NCBI GenBank assembly: GCA_016780775.1
Contig: JADHLI010000008.1
Coordinates: 23,681 to 87,680, forward strand
Source: Alphaproteobacteria bacterium
GTDB taxonomy: Bacteria; Pseudomonadota; Alphaproteobacteria; Puniceispirillales; Puniceispirillaceae
Direction: 5' to 3'
DNA: 64,000 nt
Shown here: positions 1 through 9,838 of the stretch, in pieces
Layout of the letters: each line of letters starts with the position of its first letter
Numbering within the stretch: the first letter of the stretch is position 1
Program-made: the position numbers and the translations under genes
Notes under the pieces: model-generated
Databases searched by the model: none
What the model was told of the DNA's origin: nothing
What the model saw: the letters and a program-made list of their open reading frames with translations, nothing else

Positions 1-565
1 CTTGCATAATCTGCTCTGCGCGCAGGCTGTCACGGCGATGAATAAGGGTCACCGAGTTACAGATATTGGCAAGATACAATGCTTCTTCAACAGCTGTATT
101 ACCCCCGCCAACTACGGCCACATCGCGTTCACGATAGAAAAACCCGTCACAGGTTGCACAAGCTGATACGCCGCGCCCATTAAAGACTGTTTCTGATTCC
201 AGCCCAAGCCAGCGCGCACTTGCCCCAGTTGCTAGAATCACCGCATCTGCTGTAATGATATCGCCGCCATCACAAGTAATCTGGAAAGGGCGTTTGCTAG
301 CATCAAGGCCGGTGACTATATCATACATTACCCTTGCGCCCACATTCTCAGCTTGCGCTTGCATCTGCTGCATCAGCCAAGGCCCTTGTACAACATCAGC
401 AAAGCCCGGATAATTTTCAACATCCGTAGTAATGGTTAGCTGACCACCTGGTTGCAGACCCGCAATGATGAGTGGTTTCATATTAGCCCGGGCAGCATAA
501 ATAGCGGCGGTGAAGCCTGCTGCGCCTGCCCCGATAACAACGATTTTTTCATGCGAAGATGTCAT
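1..565 (-). CDS. trxB: thioredoxin-disulfide reductase (N-terminal part; 3' end runs off the window)
   Basis: Manual reverse translation from ATG (565-563) gives [32 protein letters not shown]... It has a GxGxxG FAD fold, the redox-active CATCDG motif and a second [10 protein letters not shown] dinucleotide fold. No stop occurs before position 1, so it is absent from the ORF track. Confidence 0.9.
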   Translation of the reverse strand, partial: MTSSHEKIVVIGAGAAGFTAAIYAARANMKPLIIAGLQPGGQLTITTDVENYPGFADVVQGPWLMQQMQAQAENVGARVMYDIVTGLDASKRPFQITCDGGDIITADAVILATGASARWLGLESETVFNGRGVSACATCDGFFYRERDVAVVGGGNTAVEEALYLANICNSVTLIHRRDSLRAEQIMQ

Positions 566-723
566 AGCTGCCTGCCCTATACTGATCTTTTGATAACGCT
601 CATTTTTTGCGAATTTTTCTAAACCACCCCAGAGACGGAATTTAGCTAGCGGTGATAGACAAGTTCGCACATCTGATAAATACTAAACCTTGTTAAAAAG
701 AGCATTGAGGATGTTGTCAAGCG

Positions 724-1611
724 ATGCACCAGAAATTTTCAATCATGATGCCTATTTGGATAATCTTAGTCTGCTTTATAAGCATCACAACGACAACACA
801 TTCAGCTGCAAGGGCAGATGCCGCACCGTCCCTTACTCTTATATCTGGAAAAGCGGTACAGGGCGGCATGCTGGTCTTTCAGACGGCAGCCAGTAATACG
901 GTAATGCTAGATGGTATCGAGTTGCCGGTTAGCCCTGATGGGTTGTTCGTGCTTGGCTTTCACCGCGATGATAAAGACCCGCAACAGCTACTCGCTATAG
1001 ACGTTAGTGGCAAGACAGCCAAGCTTACCCTGACCCCAGAGGTACGTGAATGGGAAGTGCAGCGCATTGATAATTTGCCAACTAATATGGTCACCCCGCC
1101 AGAAGAGGTTATTACCCGCATTAAAAAAGATATCAAAAATGTTAAAGCTGCTAGAGCCACTATAAGCGACTTTGATGATGTATTAAAAAACGGTTTCATC
1201 TGGCCAGTTTGGGGACGCATAAGCGGTATTTATGGTGCGCAACGTATCTTGAATGGCAAACCGCGCCAACCGCATTATGGGATAGATATTGCTGCCCCGT
1301 CAGGGGTTGCAGTACAGGCCGCAGCTGCAGGGCAGGTGACCATGGCTGAAGATCTCTATTTCACAGGCGGGACGGTGATTATCGATCATGGCTATGGGCT
1401 GAACTCTACTTACTCACACCTCAAAGATATGTATGTTAGGCCGGGCGATCTGGTTACAAGTGGCGGTGTTATTGGCAGTGTTGGATCCACTGGCCGTTCA
1501 ACTGGGCCGCATCTGGACTGGCGCATAAACTGGCGCCATAAACGCCTTGACCCGCTCCTGATAGCTGGCCCCTTGCGCCCAGCCCTGCCAGCTAGCCGAC
1601 CTAATTATTAA
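724..1611 (+). CDS. M23 family metallopeptidase (secreted)
   Basis: 295-aa ORF with an N-terminal hydrophobic signal-like segment. The C-terminal LytM/M23 motifs are present: HYGIDIAAP, GLNSTYSHL, GSTGRSTGPHLDW. Confidence 0.85.
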   Translation: MHQKFSIMMPIWIILVCFISITTTTHSAARADAAPSLTLISGKAVQGGMLVFQTAASNTVMLDGIELPVSPDGLFVLGFHRDDKDPQQLLAIDVSGKTAKLTLTPEVREWEVQRIDNLPTNMVTPPEEVITRIKKDIKNVKAARATISDFDDVLKNGFIWPVWGRISGIYGAQRILNGKPRQPHYGIDIAAPSGVAVQAAAAGQVTMAEDLYFTGGTVIIDHGYGLNSTYSHLKDMYVRPGDLVTSGGVIGSVGSTGRSTGPHLDWRINWRHKRLDPLLIAGPLRPALPASRPNY

Positions 1612-1721
1612 AGTAACCATTTTGTGAACAGCAAAGTCGTATTGAGCATAAAGCCTGTCGACATTCAGCCATAAACCTTGCTATTAACACGTTCATTGTA
1701 AATTGTTCGGTTTGCCATTTG

Positions 1722-1892
1722 GCAATTAAAACGGGAAGTTTGGTGCGGAGGTGGTTAATTTTAAAACCCCCTCTAATTCCAACACTGTCCTCGCAACTGT
1801 AAGCAGAGAGCGTTCGCACATATAGTCACTGTCTTTATGAATGGGAAGACGTGCGCACGCAATGACCTGCAAGTCAGGAGACCTGCCGAATA
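1722..1892 (+). promoter_or_regulatory. cobalamin (B12) riboswitch aptamer
   Basis: Conserved cores appear in the expected order: ACGGGAAG..GGTG (1731-1748), CTGTCCTCGCAACTGTAAGC (about 1785-1804), GTCACTG...GGGAAG (1825-1848), and the B12 box AAGTCAGGAGACCTGCC (1871-1887). It lies directly upstream of a TonB-dependent receptor gene. Confidence 0.8.
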
Positions 1893-1969
1893 AGCACCCT
1901 AGTCGGACCACGAGGTATGGTCAGGACGGCGGACAGATTTCCGTGATGGTGAATTTATACACCGTCGCA

Positions 1970-2004
1970 GGAAGTCCCTTCCTCGACAAATATATTGAGG
2001 GAGG
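1970..2004 (+). promoter_or_regulatory. riboswitch expression platform: alternative hairpins around the RBS
   Basis: CCTTCCTC (1977-1984) can pair with the RBS GAGGGAGG (1997-2004; 8 bp including one G-U). The overlapping CTTCC (1978-1982) can instead pair with GGAAG (1970-1974). The ATG is at 2010. Confidence 0.5.
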
Positions 2005-2009
2005 CATAA

Positions 2010-3929
2010 ATGCGCAAACCGCATCTTATCCTAACAACACTTAGCCTGTGCGCCGCATCGGCTAGCTTCATCGTGCCTGCATTGGCACAAGACAGCACAA
2101 CTACGCAAAGCACAAGCGAGCGTCCTATCGTCTATCCATCCGCGTCGATTGCCAATTTCCAGCCCCTGCCGCTAAATGAAGTTCTGCTAAGCGCAGATGT
2201 GGTCACCTCCGATGAAATTGAGCGTTCTACCGCTTCTAGCGTCAGCGAGCTTATCGCGCAAAAAACAGGTATTGAATTTTCCCGAAATGGCGGGCCTGGT
2301 GCGGTAACGTCGCATTTCCTGCGGGGTCAGAAAAGCGCTAACTATGTGTTAATGATCGATGGTATACGCGTTCATGGGGATACTTACGGCAATGTGATTA
2401 CCCCTGAATTAGCGATTGCTCAGATTGAAAAGATTGAGATTTTACGGGGCAATGCCTCTGCCCTCTATGGTGAGGCCGCGGTAGGCGGGGTCATTAACAT
2501 CATCACCAAATCTGGCAATTTACGCGATAGCGGCTTTATTTCCACAAAATATGGGAGCTATGATACGGCAGAGGCCAGCGCTGGCGTTTCAAAATATGTT
2601 AATGGCTTTAACTTGTCTTTTGTTGGCACTAAATTTGAGACCGAAGGGTTTGATGTGCGCTCAGATAGCGCCACAAATCCAGATAAGGATGGGTATAGCC
2701 AAGATAGCTATAATTTCACCCTATCGAGGCGCCTATCCCCAGCCGCCAACATCACCATCGGCCTCAGGAACCGCGAAAGTGAGGGGGATTATGATGATAC
2801 CGTCCCAAGCGGAACTTCAGACACCAGCACCCATGAGCATAATACCGAAAATCAGGAAAGTTTTATCACCTATGAGTTGGAGAAAGGCGCGGCGATAAAT
2901 CTGCGCCTTGACTACAATCAAGCAGAGCGCACCCGCAAAGATTTCATCAATGGCGCGCCAGCAAAAACAGCTGTTTCATGGAAAAACAATGTTATTGAGG
3001 GCAACAGTAAAACGCTAAAACTGGTGAACATATCGCATTTGCAAGGGGATGTTGTGCGCCATAGCATCACCCAAGGGATAGAGCTTATTGACGCTTATTA
3101 TGACAGCGATGGCAGCCGGTCTGAGCGCGATACTGAAGCTGTTTTTGCGGGCTATGGGGCTAAATTTGGCGCGCATGATGTGCAGGCTAATTTGCGCCGT
3201 GATAAGGTGAGTTTAAAAACCACAAGCAATATAAAGGCAGATATGAAGGAAACTTCGTACCTCGCGGGATATGGGTATCGTTTTGCTGAGCATTATAAAA
3301 TAGCCCTTAGCCATGCCACAGGCTTTCGTGCCCCATCCGCAGGTGAATATGGAAGCAATCAAGATCTAAAACCTGAAACCTACACCTCCAATGAGGTATC
3401 CCTGCAACGAGATAAGGATGGTCGCTTGCTGCGCCTTACCGCCTTTGTAACAGAAACTGACAATGAAATTAAATGGCTAAGCGTTTCGCCATGGACACCT
3501 GAAAATATCCAAAAAAATGAAAATACAGGCCTTGAAGTGAACTATAGTGGCAGCACAGAAAACTTTGATTTTGATCTAGATATCACGCTTCAAGACCCAA
3601 AGGAGACCGACACCACCACTGCTTCTGGCGGGCAATCCCTGAAGCGGGCAAAGGCCTATGGTAAATTGAACCTGTCACGCCAGCTAGGCGATTATCAAAT
3701 TGGCAGCACCCTAACCTATTCCGGTCGCAAATTAGATTCTGGCGGCAAAACTATTGCTAGCTTTACCCGCCTTGACGGCTATGTTTCGCGCCAGCTAGGG
3801 GATAATTTGTCGGTAAATCTAAAGGCTGAAAATATTACCAACAGCGAATATGAGACGACTGCAGGATATAGAACGCCGGAACGTAGCCTGTTTTTGACGT
3901 TAAAATATGATTTCGTTAACGACATGTAG
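2010..3929 (+). CDS. btuB: TonB-dependent outer-membrane receptor, probable cobalamin receptor
   Basis: 639-aa ORF with a signal peptide (LCAASASFIVPALAQD) and plug-domain motifs (IEILRGNASALYGEAAVGGVINIITK). It has a beta-barrel-like C-terminus ending LTLKYDF-VNDM. The B12 assignment rests on the upstream riboswitch. Confidence 0.75.
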   Translation: MRKPHLILTTLSLCAASASFIVPALAQDSTTTQSTSERPIVYPSASIANFQPLPLNEVLLSADVVTSDEIERSTASSVSELIAQKTGIEFSRNGGPGAVTSHFLRGQKSANYVLMIDGIRVHGDTYGNVITPELAIAQIEKIEILRGNASALYGEAAVGGVINIITKSGNLRDSGFISTKYGSYDTAEASAGVSKYVNGFNLSFVGTKFETEGFDVRSDSATNPDKDGYSQDSYNFTLSRRLSPAANITIGLRNRESEGDYDDTVPSGTSDTSTHEHNTENQESFITYELEKGAAINLRLDYNQAERTRKDFINGAPAKTAVSWKNNVIEGNSKTLKLVNISHLQGDVVRHSITQGIELIDAYYDSDGSRSERDTEAVFAGYGAKFGAHDVQANLRRDKVSLKTTSNIKADMKETSYLAGYGYRFAEHYKIALSHATGFRAPSAGEYGSNQDLKPETYTSNEVSLQRDKDGRLLRLTAFVTETDNEIKWLSVSPWTPENIQKNENTGLEVNYSGSTENFDFDLDITLQDPKETDTTTASGGQSLKRAKAYGKLNLSRQLGDYQIGSTLTYSGRKLDSGGKTIASFTRLDGYVSRQLGDNLSVNLKAENITNSEYETTAGYRTPERSLFLTLKYDFVNDM

Positions 3930-4048
3930 AGGTATAATTATGCCTTGTAAATAAGGCTGGTTTTATCTTGCAGGCAGGGCTTAACCAAATTAATATCAAG
4001 CCAAATTCGAACAGACCGTAAGACTAAAAGCGAAAAAGGGACAAGGTC

Positions 4049-4570
4049 ATGAAAAATAGCAAAACAATGCTGGTATCTTTTACATCCTTGGTAGCATTTT
4101 TGGTATTGGCGCGGGTTATTCCGCACCCACCAAATTTCTCCCCTGTGTTAGGCATGGCTATTTTCGCCCCATTCTTATTTCGGGATCTGTTTGTGGCTAT
4201 TGCCCTTCCCCTAGCGGCTATGGTGGTCTCTAACTTGATATTGGGCTTTCACAGCTCTATGTTCTGGGTGTTTTTATCTATCGCGCTTATTACTTGCGGG
4301 GCGCATTGGGCAAAGATGTATGCCCCGACCCTGATGAAAACAGCTGGCATGGTAGTCGCTGGTACTTTCAGCTTCTTTATCATAACTAATTTTGCGGTTT
4401 GGGCGATGGGTGGGCTTTACCCGATGACGCTTGAAGGGTTGATAGCCTGTTATATTGCGGCCATTCCTTTTTACGGCAACACCTTGCTAAGCACCGCATT
4501 ATTTTCTGCTTTGTTCTTTGGTATTGCAAAATGGGTGGATCAGAATAATCTGCTAGCCGCCGATAGATAA
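4049..4570 (+). CDS. small polytopic membrane protein (DUF6580-like putative transport protein)
   Basis: 173 aa with about 5-6 hydrophobic helices. The N-terminal motif RVIPHPPNFSPVLGMAIF is one I recall as typical of the DUF6580 putative transporter family. It is on the same strand as the receptor gene, 119 nt downstream. Confidence 0.55.
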   Translation: MKNSKTMLVSFTSLVAFLVLARVIPHPPNFSPVLGMAIFAPFLFRDLFVAIALPLAAMVVSNLILGFHSSMFWVFLSIALITCGAHWAKMYAPTLMKTAGMVVAGTFSFFIITNFAVWAMGGLYPMTLEGLIACYIAAIPFYGNTLLSTALFSALFFGIAKWVDQNNLLAADR

Positions 4571-4591
4571 AGCTGGTTTTTTCGCCAGCTT
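4570..4591 (+). terminator. stem-loop after the membrane protein gene
   Basis: AAGCTGG (4570-4576) / CCAGCTT (4585-4591) form a 7-bp stem with a T-rich loop. There is no clean 3' U-tract. Confidence 0.3.
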
Positions 4592-4609
4592 GTCTTTACG
4601 ACAACCATT

Positions 4610-5488
4610 ATGGGACAACAGCAAAAGACATTATTTATTTTTGGTCTAGGCTATGTTGGCCTGCATCTAGCTCAGCAATTGTCCAATAAGGGCTGGCAGA
4701 TTATTGCCACAACACGTTCTCCAGAAAAGGTTAAGGGTAATTTAGGCTGGCAGATCCTACCCTTCACAGATACAGCGCCAATAGATAATCTTGCCAGCCA
4801 TCTGGCGCGCGCAACCCATCTCATTTCAACAATTGGCCCAGTTGCGGGGCAGGACCCCGTGATAGCCGCGCATAAACAGCAATTGCAGGCCTTTAGCGGT
4901 TGGACAGGTTATTTATCTGCAACCTCTGTCTATCCAGATATGCCGGAGGGCTGGGTGGATGAAGACACACCGCCAAACCCCGCCACAGCGCGGGGCAAGA
5001 CCCGCCTTGCAGCAGAGCAAGCATGGCAAGAGGCTTGCGGGGCAGAAATTTTCCGTATCGCTGGTATTTACGGACCCGGACGCAATGTATTTAAAAGCTT
5101 ATATGAAGGCAGCGCGCGTATCATTGATAAGCCTGGTCATTTATTTAATCGCATCCACCAGAGTGATATTAGCCAGATAATCATTGCCGCCATACACACA
5201 CCAGAAGCAAGGCGTATTTTAAACCTTGCAGATATGCATCCCGCATCACAAGTAGATGTTGTTCGTTTTGCCGCTAGCCTTGCTGGTATTACCCCGCCAG
5301 AGCCAATACCCCTAGAGCAGGCAAATTTATCGGAAATGGGGCGTAGCTTTTATGATTCTCAGCGCAAGATACGCTCAAAAATTCTAGGCCAGACACTTAA
5401 ATATAGCTTTCGCTATCCAGATTATAAAGCCGGGCTACACGCCCTGTTTAAAGCAGGCGACCAATCAGATAGCCAGCCAGCCCAATAG
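4610..5488 (+). CDS. NAD(P)-binding SDR/epimerase-family protein
   Basis: 292 aa with an N-terminal Rossmann motif LFIFGLGYVGLHLAQQL. Overall layout is that of an atypical SDR. Confidence 0.65.
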   Translation: MGQQQKTLFIFGLGYVGLHLAQQLSNKGWQIIATTRSPEKVKGNLGWQILPFTDTAPIDNLASHLARATHLISTIGPVAGQDPVIAAHKQQLQAFSGWTGYLSATSVYPDMPEGWVDEDTPPNPATARGKTRLAAEQAWQEACGAEIFRIAGIYGPGRNVFKSLYEGSARIIDKPGHLFNRIHQSDISQIIIAAIHTPEARRILNLADMHPASQVDVVRFAASLAGITPPEPIPLEQANLSEMGRSFYDSQRKIRSKILGQTLKYSFRYPDYKAGLHALFKAGDQSDSQPAQ

Positions 5489-6553
5489 CTAGTCTCTTAT
5501 CTTTGGATCTAAGCTGCCAGATACATAACGTGCAGCCATATCACTCAAAGAAATCGGTGTAATCTTATGCGCATTTCCAGCTGTGCCAAACCGCTCAAGC
5601 CTGTCTTCACAAACCGCCATCATTGCTTCTTGAGCAGGCTTCATAAATTTGCGTATATCAAATTCACCAGCCTTTGTTTGCGCAACCTTACGAATAGCCC
5701 CTGCCATAGCCAAACGGCAATCTGTATCAATATTTACCTTGCGAACACCGTTTTTAATACCGCGCTCGATTTCAGCTAGGGGCACGCCATAGGTTTGCGG
5801 CATCTCACCGCCGAATTCATTGAAAATATCCTGTAACTCTTGCGGCACTGAAGAGGAGCCATGCATTACAAGATGTGTTTCTGGCAGGCGCCTATGTATC
5901 GCCTCGATAACATGCATCGCCAAGATATCCCCGTCTGGCTGACGGGTGAATTTATAGGCGCCATGGCTTGTTCCCATCGCAATTGCCAGCGCATCTACCT
6001 TTGTTGCGCGCACGAAATCCACAGCCTGATCAGGGTCGGTCAAAAGTTGATCTTCAGATAATTTACCTTCAGCACCATGGCCATCTTCTTTATCGCCCAT
6101 GCCTGTTTCAAGTGAGCCCAGAACGCCTAACTCCCCTTCCACAGATACCCCGCCATGATGCGCCATCGTGGTCACATCTCTGGTGATTTTCATATTATAT
6201 TCATAAGAGGCAGGCGTGCTGCCATCTGCTTCTAGCGAGCCATCCATCATCACAGAGGTAAAGCCATATTGGATAGCGGTCATACAGGTCGCTTGTGAAT
6301 TACCGTGATCCTGATGCATACAAATCGGGATATGCGGGAACATAGCAACCAGCCCTTTGATAAGGTTTTGCAACATCAAATCGCCAGCATAAGCGCGCGC
6401 ACCGCGGCTTGCCTGAATAATTACTGGCGCATCTAGCTTGTCCGCGGCCATTAAAATGGCCAGCCCCTGTTCCATGTTATTGATATTGAAAGCCGGAACA
6501 CCATATCCATGTTCGGCAGCGTGGTCGAGGAGCTGTCGTAAACTTACCAGCAT
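5489..6553 (-). CDS. fba: fructose-bisphosphate aldolase, class II
   Basis: 354 aa starting [29 protein letters not shown], followed by DHG, and SVMMDGS. These are hallmarks of class II FBA (CbbA-like subtype). Confidence 0.93.
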   Translation of the reverse strand: MLVSLRQLLDHAAEHGYGVPAFNINNMEQGLAILMAADKLDAPVIIQASRGARAYAGDLMLQNLIKGLVAMFPHIPICMHQDHGNSQATCMTAIQYGFTSVMMDGSLEADGSTPASYEYNMKITRDVTTMAHHGGVSVEGELGVLGSLETGMGDKEDGHGAEGKLSEDQLLTDPDQAVDFVRATKVDALAIAMGTSHGAYKFTRQPDGDILAMHVIEAIHRRLPETHLVMHGSSSVPQELQDIFNEFGGEMPQTYGVPLAEIERGIKNGVRKVNIDTDCRLAMAGAIRKVAQTKAGEFDIRKFMKPAQEAMMAVCEDRLERFGTAGNAHKITPISLSDMAARYVSGSLDPKIRD

Positions 6554-6631
6554 GTTATTTCGTCACCTTCTGGGCTGGGTTGTAAGCCGGCCCGATTTTT
6601 AATCTTAAACACTCCGCACCCCTTTAATGTG

Positions 6632-7597
6632 TTACTGCTCGCTATGATAGCTGTCAACCTCATCTGTGGACCCAAAAATAAACGGCACCCGCATATGATA
6701 ACTAGTGGGGGTAATATCTAGAATATCTGCTTTGCCATCAGAGGCACGTCCGCCTGCCTGCTCTACTAGAAAGGCAATGGGATTCGCTTCATAGACCAGA
6801 CGCAAACGCCCATTTTCATAATTTTTGCGGCTATCTTCTGGATATAGAAATATCCCGCCACGCCGGAAAATCCGAAACGCATCTGCAACCAGAGAGCCGT
6901 TCCAGCGCATATTGAAATTCTGTCCCCTTGGCCCATCTACCCCCGCCAAAACTGTGTCGATATACCGCTTTACCTTAGCGGGCCAATAGCGGCTATTAGC
7001 AGCGTTAATAGCAAACTCTTTTGTTGTAGCGGGGATTTGTGGCTGCCAATCCATTTGAACAAACTGGCCTTCTGTATTGAGACAGAAACCAGCCACTCCC
7101 TGACCTGTAGTTATCAGCAAAACCGTTTGCGGACCATAAGCAAAAAAACCTGCAGCTTGCTGAGCGCGCCCTTCGCGTAGCCAGCTTTCCTGCTCCGCAC
7201 GGTAAATGGAAAATATAGTTCCAATGGTTAAGTTAGTGTCAATGTTTGATGAGCCATCTAGCGGGTCACTTGCGACCACTATCTGGCTATCACTGCCTTC
7301 GAAAATGACTGCTTCATCCCGCTCTTCGGACAGGTAGGCAGAAATTCCCGTTGGCCCAAGGGCGTTGCAAATCAGCTGATCTGCCAGCACATCAAGGGCT
7401 TTTTGCTCGTCCCCGTCTGTATTTTCAGCTCCGGTAAGACTGCCCAAACTATCCGCGCCAATTCCATTCACAGCTGCTATTTCTGCTATTTTTTTGGCCG
7501 CGCTACAGAGAGCTATCAAAGTGGCATACACTTCCTTGCCTACCTCACCCTTTTCGTTTTTTGTCTTTAAAAAATTTTCAATTGTTAAGCTTTCCAT
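6632..7597 (-). CDS. fbp: fructose-1,6-bisphosphatase, class 1
   Basis: 321 aa with class 1 FBPase motifs: SEERDE, VASDPLDGSSNID, GGIFLYP, LRLVYEANPIAFLVEQAGG. Confidence 0.9.
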   Translation of the reverse strand: MESLTIENFLKTKNEKGEVGKEVYATLIALCSAAKKIAEIAAVNGIGADSLGSLTGAENTDGDEQKALDVLADQLICNALGPTGISAYLSEERDEAVIFEGSDSQIVVASDPLDGSSNIDTNLTIGTIFSIYRAEQESWLREGRAQQAAGFFAYGPQTVLLITTGQGVAGFCLNTEGQFVQMDWQPQIPATTKEFAINAANSRYWPAKVKRYIDTVLAGVDGPRGQNFNMRWNGSLVADAFRIFRRGGIFLYPEDSRKNYENGRLRLVYEANPIAFLVEQAGGRASDGKADILDITPTSYHMRVPFIFGSTDEVDSYHSEQ

Positions 7598-7699
7598 AGC
7601 GCCAGCTTCAATCCTTAGTTCCCATAAATGAAAAGACCCACCGCCTAGCTGCCATGGGTCTTTAAGTTTTATTTATTGCATTTTATAAAGCTGTGCTGG

Positions 7700-8419
7700 C
7701 TATTCACGATTTCCTAGCAATTGCACCATAAATAGGAACATATTGATGAAATCCAAATAGAGCGTCAGCGCGCCGAAAATCGATTTCCGAGCCGCTACGT
7801 CGCGGCTATCCCCAGCATAATACATAGATTTGATTTTCTGTGTATCATAAGCGGTTAGACCAGCGAACAACAGCACCCCAACGATAGAGATTAAAAACTC
7901 CATCCCTGAGGATTGCACAAATATATTCACAATAGACGCCAAGATTAGCCCAAATACGCCAACGATCAAAAAGCCGCCCATCGCGGTTAAATCACGCTTG
8001 GTGGTGTAGCCGTAAATTGACAATCCCGCAAAAGCGCCAGCGGTTATGAAAAAGGCTCTGGCTACACTTGCACCTGTGAAGGTAAGCAAGATAACAGACA
8101 ATGAAACACCCATTAGCGCTGCATAGACATAAAATAACGTCCGTGCTTTGGCAGGGGACATTTTATTGATACGGAAGCTCATCCACATCACCATTGCCAG
8201 CGGCGCAAACATGATGACATAGCTAAGCGGCGTGCCAAATAGTAGCTGGGCAACAGCTGGGTTGTTCATAGCCAGCATCTTCGTTCCAAATGCGGCAAAG
8301 CCAGTTAGCGCAAGCGCAGTTGTCATATGGTTATACACACCCAGCATATAGCTGCGTAAACCCGCATCAAGTGCAGCAGAGCCAGTCGCAGCCTGCGATG
8401 CGTAACGGTTATTTTGCAT
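7700..8419 (-). CDS. Bax inhibitor-1/YccA family membrane protein
   Basis: Seven-TM profile with the C-terminal motif GALTLYLDFINMFLFMVQLLG. I prefer the start at ATG 8419 (MQNNRY...) because GGAGA lies 8 nt upstream. The ORF track extends to 8434. Confidence 0.85.
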   Translation of the reverse strand: MQNNRYASQAATGSAALDAGLRSYMLGVYNHMTTALALTGFAAFGTKMLAMNNPAVAQLLFGTPLSYVIMFAPLAMVMWMSFRINKMSPAKARTLFYVYAALMGVSLSVILLTFTGASVARAFFITAGAFAGLSIYGYTTKRDLTAMGGFLIVGVFGLILASIVNIFVQSSGMEFLISIVGVLLFAGLTAYDTQKIKSMYYAGDSRDVAARKSIFGALTLYLDFINMFLFMVQLLGNRE

Positions 8420-8614
8420 AATATCAGTCTCCATCTTAAAAAGTATGGTTCAAACAGCCCAAAATGGGCGAATCTGTTTCGCTTCCTTAATGTAATGGTC
8501 TTGCATTTCACTTTCAAGACTAAAGCAGATAATCACCATAAGCTGTTCTGCACAGTAGAAATACGGCCAGCAATACTAAACCTTAAATGTTATATTCATT
8601 ACGCCATTTGGCCA

Positions 8615-9703
8615 TTACACCATCTGGCTCGCGCGCAAGCGCACAGAATCAGATTTCAGCTGTCCGCAAGCTGCTAGAATATCCCGCCCCCGCGGCGTGC
8701 GAACAGGCGATGCATAGCCTGCCTTCATCACGATACGGGCAAAACGCTCAATCGTCTCATCATCGGAACAAACATAATCGGTGCCTGGCCATGGATTAAA
8801 GGGAATAAGATTTATCTTGGACGGTATACCTGCAATCATCTTCACGAGTGCTTTGGCATCTGCCTCACTATCATTTACTCCAGCTAGCATCACATATTCC
8901 CATGTCACCCGCCGCGCATTTGATAGGCCTGGGTAGTTTCGCACCGTATCCAGCAAGCTGGCCAGCTTATATTTCCGGTTAATTGGCACCAACACATCGC
9001 GCAACTCATCCTGCACCGCATGCAAGGATATCGCCAGATTGACGCCTAATTCCTCACCACATTTAGTGATTTCTGGCAGAATACCGCTGGTTGATAGCGT
9101 AATACGGCGCTTTGATAGAGCAATGCCTTCACCGCTCATAATCATCTTTAAGGCCGCAGAGACATTGTCATAATTATAAAGCGGCTCGCCCATCCCCATC
9201 AGAACAATATTTGTCAGCCGCCTTTCTGGTTTACCTGCTGGCCAATCACCTAGCTCATCCATTGCTAGCAAAATCTGGCCACAAATTTCAGCCACGCTTA
9301 GATTACGGACAAGGCGCTGGGTACCAGTATGGCAGAAAGTACAGGTTAGCGTGCAACCAACTTGTGAGGATATACACAAGGTGCCTCTATCTGCATCCGG
9401 GATATAGACTGCCTCTATTTCATGCCCATCATGCAGGCGCAATAGCCATTTTATCGTGCCGTCTGTTGAATCCTGACGACGTGAAACAGGTGGCCTGTCG
9501 GCATGGAAATGGCTTGCTAGCAAGGCTTGAACTGGTTTACCCAAATCCGTCATATCAGAAAATTCAGTAACGCCATGCCGCCAAACCCAGCGCCAAAGCT
9601 GGCGTGCGCGAAAACGCGGCAACTGCAAAGCAGTCACCGCTTCTTCTAGCTCTACTTGCGACAACCCTAATAAAGGGGTGCGCTCAAATGCGGCAATCGA
9701 CAC
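8615..9703 (-). CDS. rlmN: 23S rRNA (adenine2503-C2)-methyltransferase, radical SAM
   Basis: 362 aa with the radical-SAM cluster motif [11 protein letters not shown]. Typical RlmN N-terminal ([11 protein letters not shown]) and C-terminal ([11 protein letters not shown]) motifs are also present. Confidence 0.93.
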   Translation of the reverse strand: MSIAAFERTPLLGLSQVELEEAVTALQLPRFRARQLWRWVWRHGVTEFSDMTDLGKPVQALLASHFHADRPPVSRRQDSTDGTIKWLLRLHDGHEIEAVYIPDADRGTLCISSQVGCTLTCTFCHTGTQRLVRNLSVAEICGQILLAMDELGDWPAGKPERRLTNIVLMGMGEPLYNYDNVSAALKMIMSGEGIALSKRRITLSTSGILPEITKCGEELGVNLAISLHAVQDELRDVLVPINRKYKLASLLDTVRNYPGLSNARRVTWEYVMLAGVNDSEADAKALVKMIAGIPSKINLIPFNPWPGTDYVCSDDETIERFARIVMKAGYASPVRTPRGRDILAACGQLKSDSVRLRASQMV

Positions 9704-9838
9704 GAATCAGCCCCTTTTCATCCAATAGGCGGTTTTATGCTGGCATTATGCAGCAAAAATGAATGCTATCATAGGCTAGCCTGCTCTGGGCTTTGCCTAA
9801 ATTAGCCGACTAACAATTAGCGAAGATAAAGATGCGCC

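Noticed and set aside
690-896. 68-aa ORF overlapping the start of the M23 peptidase gene
   Set aside because: It is in an alternative frame of a well-supported gene and its translation has no recognisable features.
1601-2044. ORFs 1601-1819(-), 1726-1911(-) and 1841-2044(+)
   Set aside because: They overlap the cobalamin riboswitch and its expression platform, and have no RBS or recognisable motifs.
3943-3965. Hairpin GCCTT-N6-AAGGC followed by TGGTTTTAT after the receptor gene, as a terminator
   Set aside because: The stem is only 5 bp, which is too weak to call. It is mentioned only because it bears on whether the downstream membrane protein gene is under riboswitch control.
8440-8470. 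tRNA-like T-loop string GGTTCAAAC in the intergenic region
   Set aside because: The flanking bases cannot form a T-stem or acceptor stem. I found no tRNA cloverleaf anywhere in the window.
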